From: Thelocarpon superellum
Taxonomy: Eukaryota
Reading direction: 5' to 3'
DNA: 64,000 nt
Assembly (NCBI GenBank): GCA_026025795.1
Contig: JAPEUG010000055.1
Coordinates: 1-64,000, forward strand
Every line of letters starts with the position of its first letter. Position 1 is the stretch's first letter. The notes under the pieces are model-generated. The model did no database searches. It saw only the letters and a list, made by a program, of their open reading frames with translations, and had not been told where the DNA came from. Both the position numbers and the translations under genes were made by a program. Positions 53,450 through 64,000 of the stretch are shown here, in pieces.

Positions 53450-53900
53450 GACATCCCGTCCATCAGTATTTTGTGTGTTTTTTCATCATAAGCTGAAGCT
53501 TACAGAGATCCTTCACATTTCATCATTTGGACGGGGGAAAAGTTCTCTCTCGTCCTCGCAGGGGGTTCAGACTGAGGATGAGACTCACCACGGCGACACT
53601 TCCTCTTCGCCTCTGGGTGGGGATGCGAAAGCGCCGCGGGATGTCACTGAAGTCGAAGGCCCACCGTCGCACTGTCCCGAATGTTATGGTGTCCGGTGCT
53701 GTTATCAGGTTGCATGTGGGTTGGTTTCCAGCAGAAGCCGACGCTTGCAGAAAGTCGTGGCTGTGTCAGACTGAGGATGAGACTCACCACCGCCACGTTC
53801 CTCTCCGCCTTCGGGCGGGGCTGCAAAGTGCGGCGGGATGTCACTGAAGTCCAAGGCCCACGACAGCACTCTTTCTTCTCGACTGTGCTGTGGGAGGCGA
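53450..53900 (+). ncRNA. Candidate structured ncRNA with two tandem kink-turn (box C/D-like) hairpins
   Basis: Repeats at 53570-53654 and 53769-53851: GACT-GAG-GATGA..CTGA-AGTC, covarying stems, a C(UUCG)G loop in copy 2, upstream TATA. Ends are approximate. Confidence 0.6.
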
Positions 53901-54596
53901 GGGAGAGGATCGGAGGAGACGAGGAAGATGTCCCGGCACGATCTGGCTGGGGCGGAGACCTGGCATTTATACCTGCGCCTCCGTCTACGAGTCTACTACG
54001 TTGATGCCTTCGTGCTCCTTGTGGCAGCGGCGATGGTATCGTGGGAAGATGCGGTGGAGGAGCGAACATCACGAGCGGGACGCATCGGGCAGGAATGACG
54101 GCGGCTACGGAGGGGGGCTGCATCAACCGTGTAGGTAACCGCCCGCTTCTCACGGCCCTCAGCAGTCGTGAGGCACCGAAGAGGCAGGGACGACCGGGCT
54201 GACGAAGACGATGGCTACTTTTGGGCGGATTCGTCAGAGATCGCCTTCCGAGGGCCAGTCTCACGGCAGAGACCCAGGCATGGTACGCTGACGAGCGGAA
54301 AGGAGAAGGGACGACGACTCCCTTCGCATCGGATGCGTGGCATGCCGGAGAGGATGGGGGAGGCACGGCGCCACGAACGACTCTACGGCAATGACGAGGA
54401 AGGGATAGAGGTGACCGGAGAGGTGTCGGATGGTGTTCAATTGAATGAGAGCGAGAAATGGCTACGACCATGGCATGTTCATGATCCCGTTACATGGCAG
54501 CGCCCCGTCGTGTCCGACATGACCCAGCCCACCCACGCAGTGGTATCCGTGAGCCTGCCCCCGCCCGTAAACGCCGACCCAGTGCTGTGTCCCCCT

Positions 54597-57500
54597 CTAG
54601 ACGCACGTCCATTCGGCAAAGACACACCAGCGAGCACTGCGATCCGCCAGCACCAGACCCCGCCAGACCCCCCGCTCGCCGCACTTGATGATCGTCTCCC
54701 ACACCCCGCCATCACCCGCCTCGCTGCCGCCCGGCCCGCTGGTGGAGATGGTGTGATCGTTCTTCCGCATCAGCCGCAGGATCTTGCCCGAGGGCGCCTG
54801 CACCGCCAGCTTGGCCGGCTTGGCCTGCGATGCCCCGTCGCTCGAGGGACCGCCGCCCGCGGCCGACGAGCTGGCCAGCGACATGGCCGAGCTGGGCCGG
54901 GGAAAGGGGATGGGCGAGGTCGAGCGCACGTCCGGCGAGACGTTGCGGGGCGCAGACGGGTGCTGGCGCACGGCAAAGACAAAGGTGTTGTTGACGGCGA
55001 GGCGTGCACATTGCGGCTGTGCCACGTAGAGGTCGTGTCGTTGCGCGTGCGGCGTTGGGTGGCGCGTCAGGAAGTCGTAGGCCGGGTTCTGCCCGTGGTG
55101 GACGATGGGCACCGCAAAGGCCAGCGGATGAGGATTGTCCTTGATCGAATGCTAGTGGCCGGTGAGCATGCCATCCTCGCTCTCCCCGCAGCCCGGGCGC
55201 AGGGTGGGGTGACTCACCATCAACCCCCTCTTCCCCGCATACACCTTGAGCACCCCCTGGCCCTCGTCCCCGGGCAAGAGCGCCTTGACCGTATACCGCT
55301 TCTGCCCGCCGATCCACTCGGCCTGGGCCAGCGCCCGCTTGCGCACCACGTCGCCGCTCTCGAACAGATCCCCGTCCGCGTCGCGCTCAAAGGCGCGGGC
55401 CTCGACCTCGGCGACACACTCGACGTCGTGGGGGACCACGACCTGGAGCTGCACCTGTTCCAGCTCCTCCGTCCACAGCAGGCTGGTGTCGTAGTCGCGC
55501 ATCTGGAGGCGATGCCGGAAGAAGGGCGCGCAGGCGCAGGGAAGGGCCATCAGGATGGCCTGGTGCACCGGCGGACACAGATGCTGCTGCGCCGCCGTCA
55601 TGGGGACGTGCGTGTAACAGGCCTCGAGCGGACGGGTCAGGAACCACCAGGCCTCGGCCGTCTGGGAATGCGAGCTCGAGTACTGGCTGCGGCGTGGATG
55701 TGTCGGGCTGGCCAAGGAGCAGTCCATGATGCGCCACTCGCCATCGGCCATCACCGCGTTCCACCAGTGATCCGGCCGCGGCACTGTCTCGCGCTCCATC
55801 GTCTCGCCGGGGGCCTTGAGGTGGCCGCGCACAACCTCGGCGTGCATGCCCATGGCCTGACACATCTCCAGCACGAGCACCGCCACCTCCTCGGCACATC
55901 CGCGCTTGAGCTGGATCACCCGACGCGAGTCGACCTCGCCCTCAAAGTCCTCCTCCCACGAGATCTTCTCGCTGACCCAGATGAAGATGGCCCGCAGGCG
56001 CTGCACGTCGCTCCGGTACGGGCGACAGAGGTAGCCTTGCGCCAGGCTGATGGGGTTGGTCATGGGCGGGATGTTGTTGACGAAGCGCGCGCTCTTGTCC
56101 ACCAGCGTCAGATTCACGGCCTGGAAGTTGGTCGGGCCCTCGACCGGCCGACCGTCGACGCCCTCGTCGCCGTGCGTCGAGTGGCGCAGCTCGTCGACCG
56201 GCCGAAGACACGGCCGGTCCAACATCTGGCACCGTTCCTGCCGCTCCACCCGCTCGTTCCGACTGAGCGAGTTCGACCGGTTGACGTCACGCCGGACCTG
56301 GACCCAATCGATGGCCGTGCCGCCGCCATTGGCCTCGGCCTCCGTCGCCGCCATCCCTCCCGCGATGGCCGTCACTCCGTGGGGCAAACCGCTCGCCGTC
56401 GGGGCGAGGGACGTGGCGGCGTGCCCGGGCGCGATACTGCTCCGGGCGCTGGCGGCGCTCGTCTTGGCCGTGTCCATGATCTTCTTGAAAAAACCACTCT
56501 TCTTCGGGCGCGGCGCCATCAGGCCCCCGAGCGGACCCTGAGCGCTCGTCCCGCTCGCCGGCCCACCAGCCTGCGATCCGTCGGGCGTCGACGTGTCGTA
56601 GCCCGAGTGAAAGGTGACGCCGGTGAGGGGCGTTTCGGGTCGGCCCGTGCCGGAGGCGGAGAGCGGGCCCACCGCACTGCCCGCCGTCGTCTCCATCACG
56701 CTCATGGGCCGGGAGCGGAGGGTACCAAAGGCGCCACGTCGGCGCGCCAAGCTTCCCGCACTGGTGGCACTGCAGCCGCCGGCGCTGGCGGCACTCACCC
56801 CGCCGGCCGACTGTCCGCTCATGACGCTGCGGCTGGTCAGCTGCGTGCTGCCGCTGTGGGCGGTGCTCGTGCTCTGTACTCCCGACGACGAGTTCGTCGC
56901 GGTGGATCGAGTGGTGAAGGTGCGGCCCAGCATCTGACGCCCGAGCTCGTAGGCCGACTTCCGGTTCTTCAAGCGTTTGCTAGTATCGGGAGCGTCGGTG
57001 GTCGGCTGAGTCTGCGCCAGCGAGGACACGGGCCGCCCGTCAAAGGAGGCACGCTTGGGCGGGACAGCGGGGGGTGGGCCAAAGTCGGGCGAGCCCTCCT
57101 TGGAAGGAAGGAAGAGCTCATCGGGCGCTCGCCGGCCGGATTGCTGCTGCATTCCTTGCAAGCGGCGCTCCATGCGGTGCACGTAGTTGTCCGGCTGCAG
57201 TGGGCCGCGATCGTCGCCGTACGCAAACTCAAGCTCGTCCTCCTCGTCGTGATCGTGCGCGCCGCCGAACCCCAGGGAGGTCACGGGTCGAGCGGGACGA
57301 CGGGCGAACGTCTTGGACAGCTGCTGATCGAAGGCTTCGGGCGACCAGGGATTGAGCGGCGAGCGGTTGCGCGACGGCGGCGAGGGGGGGTGCACGCTCA
57401 TGTCTTTGAGAGACGACATGACATCCTCCATGGCATCGCGGAGGGGCGATGGCGTGGTGCGCGAGAGATTGGGCGAGCGCGGCACGGCGGACGTCGGGCG

Positions 57501-58302
57501 CGATGGCGTGTAGCCATTTGTGTAATGCTCGTCATACGGCACGGATGGTGACGGCGCTCGCGATGCATCGTACGGGATCCGGTGCGGCGGAGGCGCAGGT
57601 GGCGGCGAGGAGCCCGCGTCTTGATAGGGCTGCGGGGACGGTCCACGCGAGGCATGATGACGGTCCCACGAGGGGGTTGGTGACGGTCCCCGTGATGGGT
57701 ATTCCCCATGATCGGGCAGGCGGGAGTGGGACCCGGCCGGCTGGTTGAGCGGGTCCAGGGGATTCGGAAAAGAGGCGCGCGAGCTCTCCCTCGTCATGGG
57801 CTGGGGACTTCGCGAGCCGGTGCGAGTGTAGGCAGCGAACGGCTTTCGGAACGACTTGCCTGGGGCTCGCTGCGGCATCATCGAGGCCGCCGACGCTCCG
57901 TTGACCTGGTGCGACCCGTTTGCGGGGTGGGCATCCATAGCATTGGCGGGAGCGCTTGGCGCTGGGCTCACTCCACGGCTGCTGTCGGGACGATAGCTCT
58001 CCTCGAGTACCCGGACGAAGTTGGATGGAAAGAGACCCATCATCCGCCGATCCCGCTTCAGCCGACCCATCCACCATGAGCCATCGCCGGCATTGAGGCA
58101 TTCGATCAGGTCGCCCTCGATGAACCCGAGGTCCCGTTTGGTCTACTCCACCCCGTGACTATTAGCAAGGTGCTCGGGCATGATTGCCGTCACGCACGAC
58201 GGGGCCGGCGGATAGATCGAGGCTCACCTCTCCGCCCCAGGAGTACACGGCTCGACACCAGCAGGGGAACCGAATCGGCAGTTCCGCCGCCACGGGTGCC
58301 AT
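54597..58302 (-). CDS. CYK3: Cytokinesis protein Cyk3 (SH3 plus transglutaminase-like domain), 2 introns
   Basis: FPCWCRAVYSWGGE|TKRDLGFIEGDLIEC..GLFPSNFV (SH3); RLRAIFIWVSE, HWWNAV..WRIMDCSLA; C-terminal WCVFAEWTCV. Confidence 0.93.
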
Positions 58303-59094
58303 GGTGGGCGGCAGCAACTCCGTCGGCAAGGCAATCGTCGAGGGAAGGGGCGATCGTGTCGCAGCTCGAGCGGCGGTCAGTGGTGGTGGTGATGAAAATT
58401 CGACATGGAGCAGATGGGCCAGCAATGGCGTGTCGTCGGCGGTGGGTGGGCAATGGCCCAAACAACACGCTCGCACCCGGCCAGATTGCAAGCCGAGGGT
58501 CAGAGTGAGCGCTAGGAGCAAGAGTGACCTGTCGCAATTGAGATCCACATTGAGCTGGCCAGGTCGGAGCGGAATGATGCATGGAGGGGAGGTGTCACGA
58601 TGGCTGATCCTTCAAGCGAACGCTGATTGGCTGCGGCGCCGGTGTTTGTTGTGGTCCCGGAGTTCGCCATCCTTCCATTACTTGGGTCGCGTCGATCATG
58701 GCGCTACGCCCAACGCGATTAGCCCCGTCACCCTCACATCCTGGCATCCTTGTGGTACGGCCGATTAGCTAAGCGATTTCGCTGGCACTCGGAGTTCCAG
58801 TGCGAGTGCTCGTACGCGAGCCCCCCGTCCGCCCCAACTTCGGCAGCTCAGCCAGAGCGTACCAGGACAGTGGGTCGGCAGGTTATCCGCCGTGCAGCTA
58901 TGCAGCGGAAGTGTGGACTTTCCCTCTTGGCTCCGTGGCCGTATGTACAAGTACACCATAGTTCATGCACACCAAGACCGCGACGGCCAATGGCCAATGG
59001 CCAATGGCTGATGGCGGATGATTCAACCCCATAAGCACCACGCAATGTCCCTGGGAACCACCATACCATGATCGAGGGGTGGAAGATGTCAGGT

Positions 59095-60667
59095 TCACCG
59101 CGGCTCCTGATGCGCCTGTGCTGCCTTCCGCTGCGCCCAACGCTCTCGCTTAGCCTCGGCCTCGGCCCACTGCTGCTGCGCGATCTCCTTCTTCCGTCGT
59201 GCGTCGTACGTCTTGGCCTGTTCCAGTTCCTGCTTGGACCGTTTCCGGCTTCCGTCCGCCGTCGAGCCCGTGTACTTCTCGACCGTCTTCTTCATCTCGT
59301 TGCTCATCCCACGAAATTCCTTCACCGCGCCGTCGACCACACCCTTGACGCGTCCCGGCGGCTTGACGGCCTTCACCGGTACCATCGTGCTCGGTGCGGG
59401 ACGTGTCGGCGCCACGGGCGCCTGGTATCGGTCGGCCAGGGTCATCGTCCCCGCGTATCGCGGCGCCGACGGAGCGCTCCCCCCAGCGGCGGATGCCGCG
59501 GACGGGCGTGGGAGAGGCGCGATCCCAGCCCAGGCGCGGAAGGACGGGGTGCGGAACAGGGTGGACTGGCCGAACGAGAGCAAGCTCGTGATGAAGAACC
59601 ACAGCTGAAGCGCGCCAGGCATGGCGGACATGAAGATGAAGGTGATGGCGGGGAGGATGTAGACCAGGAGCGCCTGGAACCGCTGCGTCTCGGGCGAGAC
59701 AACCATGGCGCCTGTCTCGCCGCCCAGGCGCAAGACGACGTAGAGAAAGCCGGCGGTGGCGGTGGGGAGGAGGTAAAGGGGATCCGACACCGTCAGGTTG
59801 TGCAGCCACAACATGCCGCCGTCGCTCAAGCCCGGCACCGGCAACGTCGCCATGCCCCGCAGCAGCCGGAACGCGCCGTATCCCAGGGGAATCTGGATGA
59901 AGGGGCCGAAGACGGCCACGGTCCGGATCCCCGCCCGTTTCTTGATCTGTTGCAGTTCCTGTCGCGCCCGGAGGACGCCGGCCGTATCGCTCGCGCGCGA
60001 GCACTCGCTCATCCGGTCCGTGATGGGTTTCGTCACGTGCGTGATGGCGGCCGAACGGGCACTGGCGTCGGCCGCGCCCAGGAAGAGCCGGAATAAGGCG
60101 GCACGAAAGAGCAAGGCGGTCAGGGTGATGGAGACCCACCAGGGCGTGCCGGCATAGACATGCACGTGCTCCAGCACCCATTCCATCAGCGCCGTGGGAC
60201 CCCAGCCATAGTCCAGCCCAAGCTCCTTGAGAAAGCCAATTCGTTCCGTGACCGACGACATGTCCATCGTCGTCAGGTCAGTCGCCGCGTCGAGAGAGGA
60301 GGTCGGAATAGCGGCGATCGGGGGAGGCGTCGGGGCTGGGGGACTGGGCATGCTCGAGTTGAATCGGATCGATCGTGCCAAAGCCCCCCCGATCCATGAC
60401 GGAGGACTTGAGATTCTCCATGATGGCTTTGTGTGGGCGAAGATGCACGGTGGGGGATATACGCGCGAGCTCGAGGGAGCCGGGATTGTTTGGGATCCAG
60501 AAAACTGACATGCAGCGTCAGTGGACATGTCATCGCTGATCATAGCAATCGAAGCTCACCGGTCGGGTTGATATGGGAGGCCGCGGTACCCTGAGAGATC
60601 GGGGGCCCGGCGAGGGGGCACAACATCTCAATGACCGGCCGCGGAACATGCTCATGCTTATGGGCAT
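59095..60667 (-). CDS. OXA1: Mitochondrial inner-membrane insertase Oxa1 (1 intron)
   Basis: IGFLKELGLDYGWGPT, PWWVSI, FIQIPLGYGAFRLLRGMA, GGMLWLHNLTVSDP. Start could be 60667, 60655 or 60649. Confidence 0.93.
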
Positions 60668-61268
60668 ATGAGAGCACGCAGAGCGACGGGAGGTCGTCAG
60701 GGCGAGAGTTCGATAGTTACCCGTGCATCGTGAGTTGGAGCGCTTACATAATCCGTCTCTACAGCTTCCTCGCCGTTCACTGCAACACCGGCAAGAGCAC
60801 ATACTCGTACTACGGTAGGGTGGAAGGAGTTGGTATCTAACAATTACGAGTACCCCCATACTCCGCGCCACGCTTGACAGCCACGACCTCTACAAGGTGT
60901 ATATGCTGGGCGAGATCGCGTCACTGCCCACGCGCAATGTACTAGGCATCCAGCGGGCAGCGTTTGATTTGGTACGCCGTCTGCGCATCTAGACAATCTT
61001 TCTGGTGGCTCGCATGTTGGACGCCCCACACAACGTCTTGGCCGTCCCTGCTTCGACGGCGCTCCGGCGGCGGAAGCGGTGAGAGATATGTACAATACTT
61101 ATGCTGGCTACCGGCACACCCTCTACGCATGCCCGCATCTATCAAGCATCATGCCGCACCAATGGTCAGCCCCCGGGTTGATCCTCCGAGCTTTATCTGA
61201 ACGTACAACCGGTCGGATGTGGCCCGGGTGACCCTACACGCTAATTGCCCGATCCATGACACCGCTCA

Positions 61269-61770
61269 TCATTCCAGACTCGTAAGGTGTTCGAGTTCGC
61301 GATCTTCCCGCCGTCGTCGTTCCATCGGATCGTCGCGCACGGCGATGCCTGGGCCCACCGCTCTTGCGTTCCGATGTTGAGGGAACACCTGTGGTCCCAC
61401 GCCGTCAGTGAGTGACTCACCATATCAAGCACGTTGTGCGAAGTAGGGCGCCCAAGGCGAGGAGGAGGAAGAGGAGTGAGGATGACGGTACCTTGGTGCC
61501 TCCCCAGCCTAACCGGAAGGCCGCTTCGTGGGCGAAGAGCTCGCCAAAGCCCAGCATGAGCCCATTGATAAAGGGAAGGAGCACGTTGATGGCGGCGCCA
61601 CGGAGAAGGCCCCAGAGGGTTGGCGGAGAGTAGAGGATCATTGGTGGGGCGGACGACGAGGGAGGGGATGGCGACGCTTCGCGGTGGGCTGAGTACGACT
61701 CGCTGTCCGAGGGAAGGGTCATGGTGGAGTCGGCGAGGGTATGCCGGCCATCACTTGTCCGATTGGCCAT
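61269..61770 (-). CDS. MIM1: Mitochondrial import protein Mim1/Tom13 (1 intron)
   Basis: GAAINVLLPFINGLMLGFGELFAHE..GWGGTK|VFP; second exon ends ..HLTSLE*. Confidence 0.92.
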
Positions 61771-62272
61771 CTTGAACCGACCTGGAGGTGTGGCCCAACC
61801 CGAGTAAATTGATGGAGACACGAGAGGCGGTACTTGCGGCGAAGGGAACAGTGATGGTCCTGCCTAGGACCGGCTGTCTGGCAGCGACCCGGCAGAGGTC
61901 CAGACGGGCAATCCTTGCCGGAGAATGTCCCGACGCTGGATCGTGTAAAATTACCCGAGAGCTCCCCATGATGCATAAGCCAGGTCCAGTCCGGACGAAG
62001 ACCAAGTGGGAGAGCTCCAGACCGTTGACTACCCTCCAGTACTTTCTCCTTCAGTCGATCCAGCTCGAGTTCATAGGCGAGCCTGAGCCCTGCTCCTCTC
62101 GTGATTGTTGGACGAGACCCACGACGTCTGCTAGTCCCACCATCGACTCTTGAGGTGCCCCCGCCGCCTCGTTATCGGCTTCTCACTCCCACTCGTCGGC
62201 CGCTCTCACCAGCGAGGAGGGGGAAACCGCCACCACCTCCGCCGTCAGCCTTGTTCCTCGTCGCAGGCCACT

Positions 62273-63678
62273 ATGGCTACTCCGGCATCGCAGGAAGAGC
62301 GTGATGCCATGATCGACCAGTTTTGCAGAGTCACGTCGGCCCCGCCACATGAGGTGCGTCGGAGGCATCTGCTCACCCTGCGCTAAAGCTTGCTCACTCG
62401 GGCGCCCAGGCCGAGCTACACCTCTCCACTAGTCACTGGGACCTGTCGAGCGCCGTCACCGAATACTACACGTCGCTCGAGGACAGCGGCGCCGAGGCAC
62501 TCGAGGACGATGCCATGACGGATGACGCCGGGGACCCCCTCAGCGCCTCCGGCGCCCAGCTGCACGGGCGGACCCTGGGCGGACCCGCCGCACCGGTACC
62601 CGTCTCCTCCACCGCCGCGACCCGACCCGCCTCGTCCGCCCCGCCCAAAGCTCCGCCCAGCAACAAGAAATTTGCCACCTTACGGGACCTGAACCAGGAC
62701 CAAGGCCACTCGCATGGACACGGACACGGCCACGGTGATGATGAAGAGGAGGACGATGCTCAGCGTGATCTCTTTGCGGGCGGCGAGAAGTCGGCCTTGG
62801 CGGTCCAGAACCCCAGCGACCCGCGCAACCAGGTCAAGGAGATCCTAGACAAGGCTCGCAAGTATCTCATCACTCTACCCGACGATGCTCCGGGAGACGA
62901 GCTAATGCGCGGCAGAAACTTGCCACGACCGGGTGGAGAGGAATCGTCAACCTCGACCTCTCGATTCCGCGGCGCAGGTCAGACGCTCGGAGGCGATGAC
63001 ACGCCGAGCCAAGTCATCCCAGATCCACACGCCCAAGCCCCGCGGCCACGTGCCCCGGTGACGCGGACTTTGCACTTTTGGCGGGATGGCTTCTCGGTGG
63101 AGGATGGGACGCTCTATCGCTTCGACGATCCTGCCAACAATGCCGTGCTGAGCCTTATCCGATCTGGCCGTGCACCATTGGACATTATGGAAGTCGAACC
63201 GGACCAACTGGTGGATGTGACGGTGCACCAGCACGAGGAAAATTACGTGCAGCCCAAGAAGAAGTACAAGCCCTTCGGTAGCGGCGGACAGCGACTGGGT
63301 AGTCCTACTCCTGGCGCCGACGTAAGCAGTGGCCATACCGTCGCCACCACCGCCATTGCTCCCAGCGACCCTGCATCTTCAAGCAGCTCCTCGTCGAACC
63401 CGGTCGCGGCCACGGGCGTGGTCGTGGACGAGTCCCAGCCCACGATCAACCTCCAGATCCGCCTCGCGGATGGTACGCGACAGGCCTCAAGATTCAACAC
63501 GACGCACACCATCGGCGACGTGTACGCCTACATTGAGGCCAGCATGGCCAGCGCAGCCGGACGGCCGTGGGTGCTCATGACCACCTTCCCAAGCAAAGAG
63601 CTGACCGATCGACACATTGCACTGGGCGACTTGGCAGAGCTCAAACGCGGGGGCGTCGTGGTGCAGAAGTGGGCCTGA
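62273..63678 (+). CDS. SHP1: Cdc48/p97 adaptor Shp1/p47 (UBA-like, SEP, UBX)
   Basis: IDQFCRVT..WDLSSAV, FAGGEKSALAVQNP, LHFWRDGFSV (SEP), FGSGGQRLGS (SHP box), QIRLADGTR..FN..HT..TTFP (UBX). Confidence 0.95.
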
Positions 63679-64000
63679 GATAAGATGCATCCGTTGGAGG
63701 GATCAAACCGTGGCAGATCTCTCAAGACATCATGAAAAGAAATGAGATGCACGGGAGTCGCGTTACGATTCCACTCAGATTGGCACGACGATGATGGCCC
63801 TCATTCTTATCCTCATCCACGTCGTCATTTCACATGATGGAATGTCAGGGTCAGTCGGCGTGGTATGATTTGATAATTACATAAATCCGGCCCAGGGAAC
63901 TGTCATCTCTGTGACGGTGGTGCTCGTATCATGTACAAGATGGAAAGGAAAGAGTGAGCGTGAATAGAAACATGACACCCCCTGATATCACGCCGCCGTC

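Noticed and set aside
53570..53654. Hammerhead ribozyme (CUGAGGA..GAAA) or SECIS (AUGA..GA) reading of the twin repeats
   Set aside because: No stem II closing onto GAAA, and copy 2 has CAAA. There is no apical AA motif and no upstream UGA-containing gene on this strand. The k-turn/C-D reading fits better.
53475..54471. Short ORFs over the twin repeats, or a CRISPR-like array
   Set aside because: The copies lie in different frames with indels. There are only two units, no cas genes, and the context is eukaryotic.
54168..57551. 1127-aa + strand ORF
   Set aside because: Antisense shadow of the GC-rich CYK3 coding region; Arg/Gly/His-rich with no recognisable motif.

Overview
GC-rich, gene-dense DNA from a filamentous ascomycete (Pezizomycotina-like: short GT-AG introns with CTRAC branch sites). 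It carries about 27 mostly housekeeping protein genes: mitochondrial L19, SDH3, an epoxide-hydrolase-like protein, an amino acid permease, HID1/ECM30, POM34, TAF6, SPE2 (SAM decarboxylase), TAF11, MRX11, PPX1, NDK1, glucosidase II alpha, KDM5/Lid2, an F-box protein, SLX1, CDC8, QTRT2, MTHFR, CYK3, OXA1, MIM1 and SHP1. I found no transposase, tRNA, rRNA or CRISPR array. The most unusual element lies between MTHFR and CYK3 (about 53300-53990): a TATA box followed by two ~85-nt repeats that each fold on the + strand into a long hairpin closed by a box C/D-type kink-turn, with compensatory changes between copies. I could not assign this candidate structured ncRNA to a known family. Other points of interest are a spliced 17-codon uORF in the SPE2 leader, a His-to-Tyr change in SdhC at a site linked to SDHI fungicide resistance, and a probably inactive epoxide hydrolase with a GC-AG intron. 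Gene spans run from start to stop codon, include introns and were read by eye. All family assignments are from motif recognition; no database search was run.
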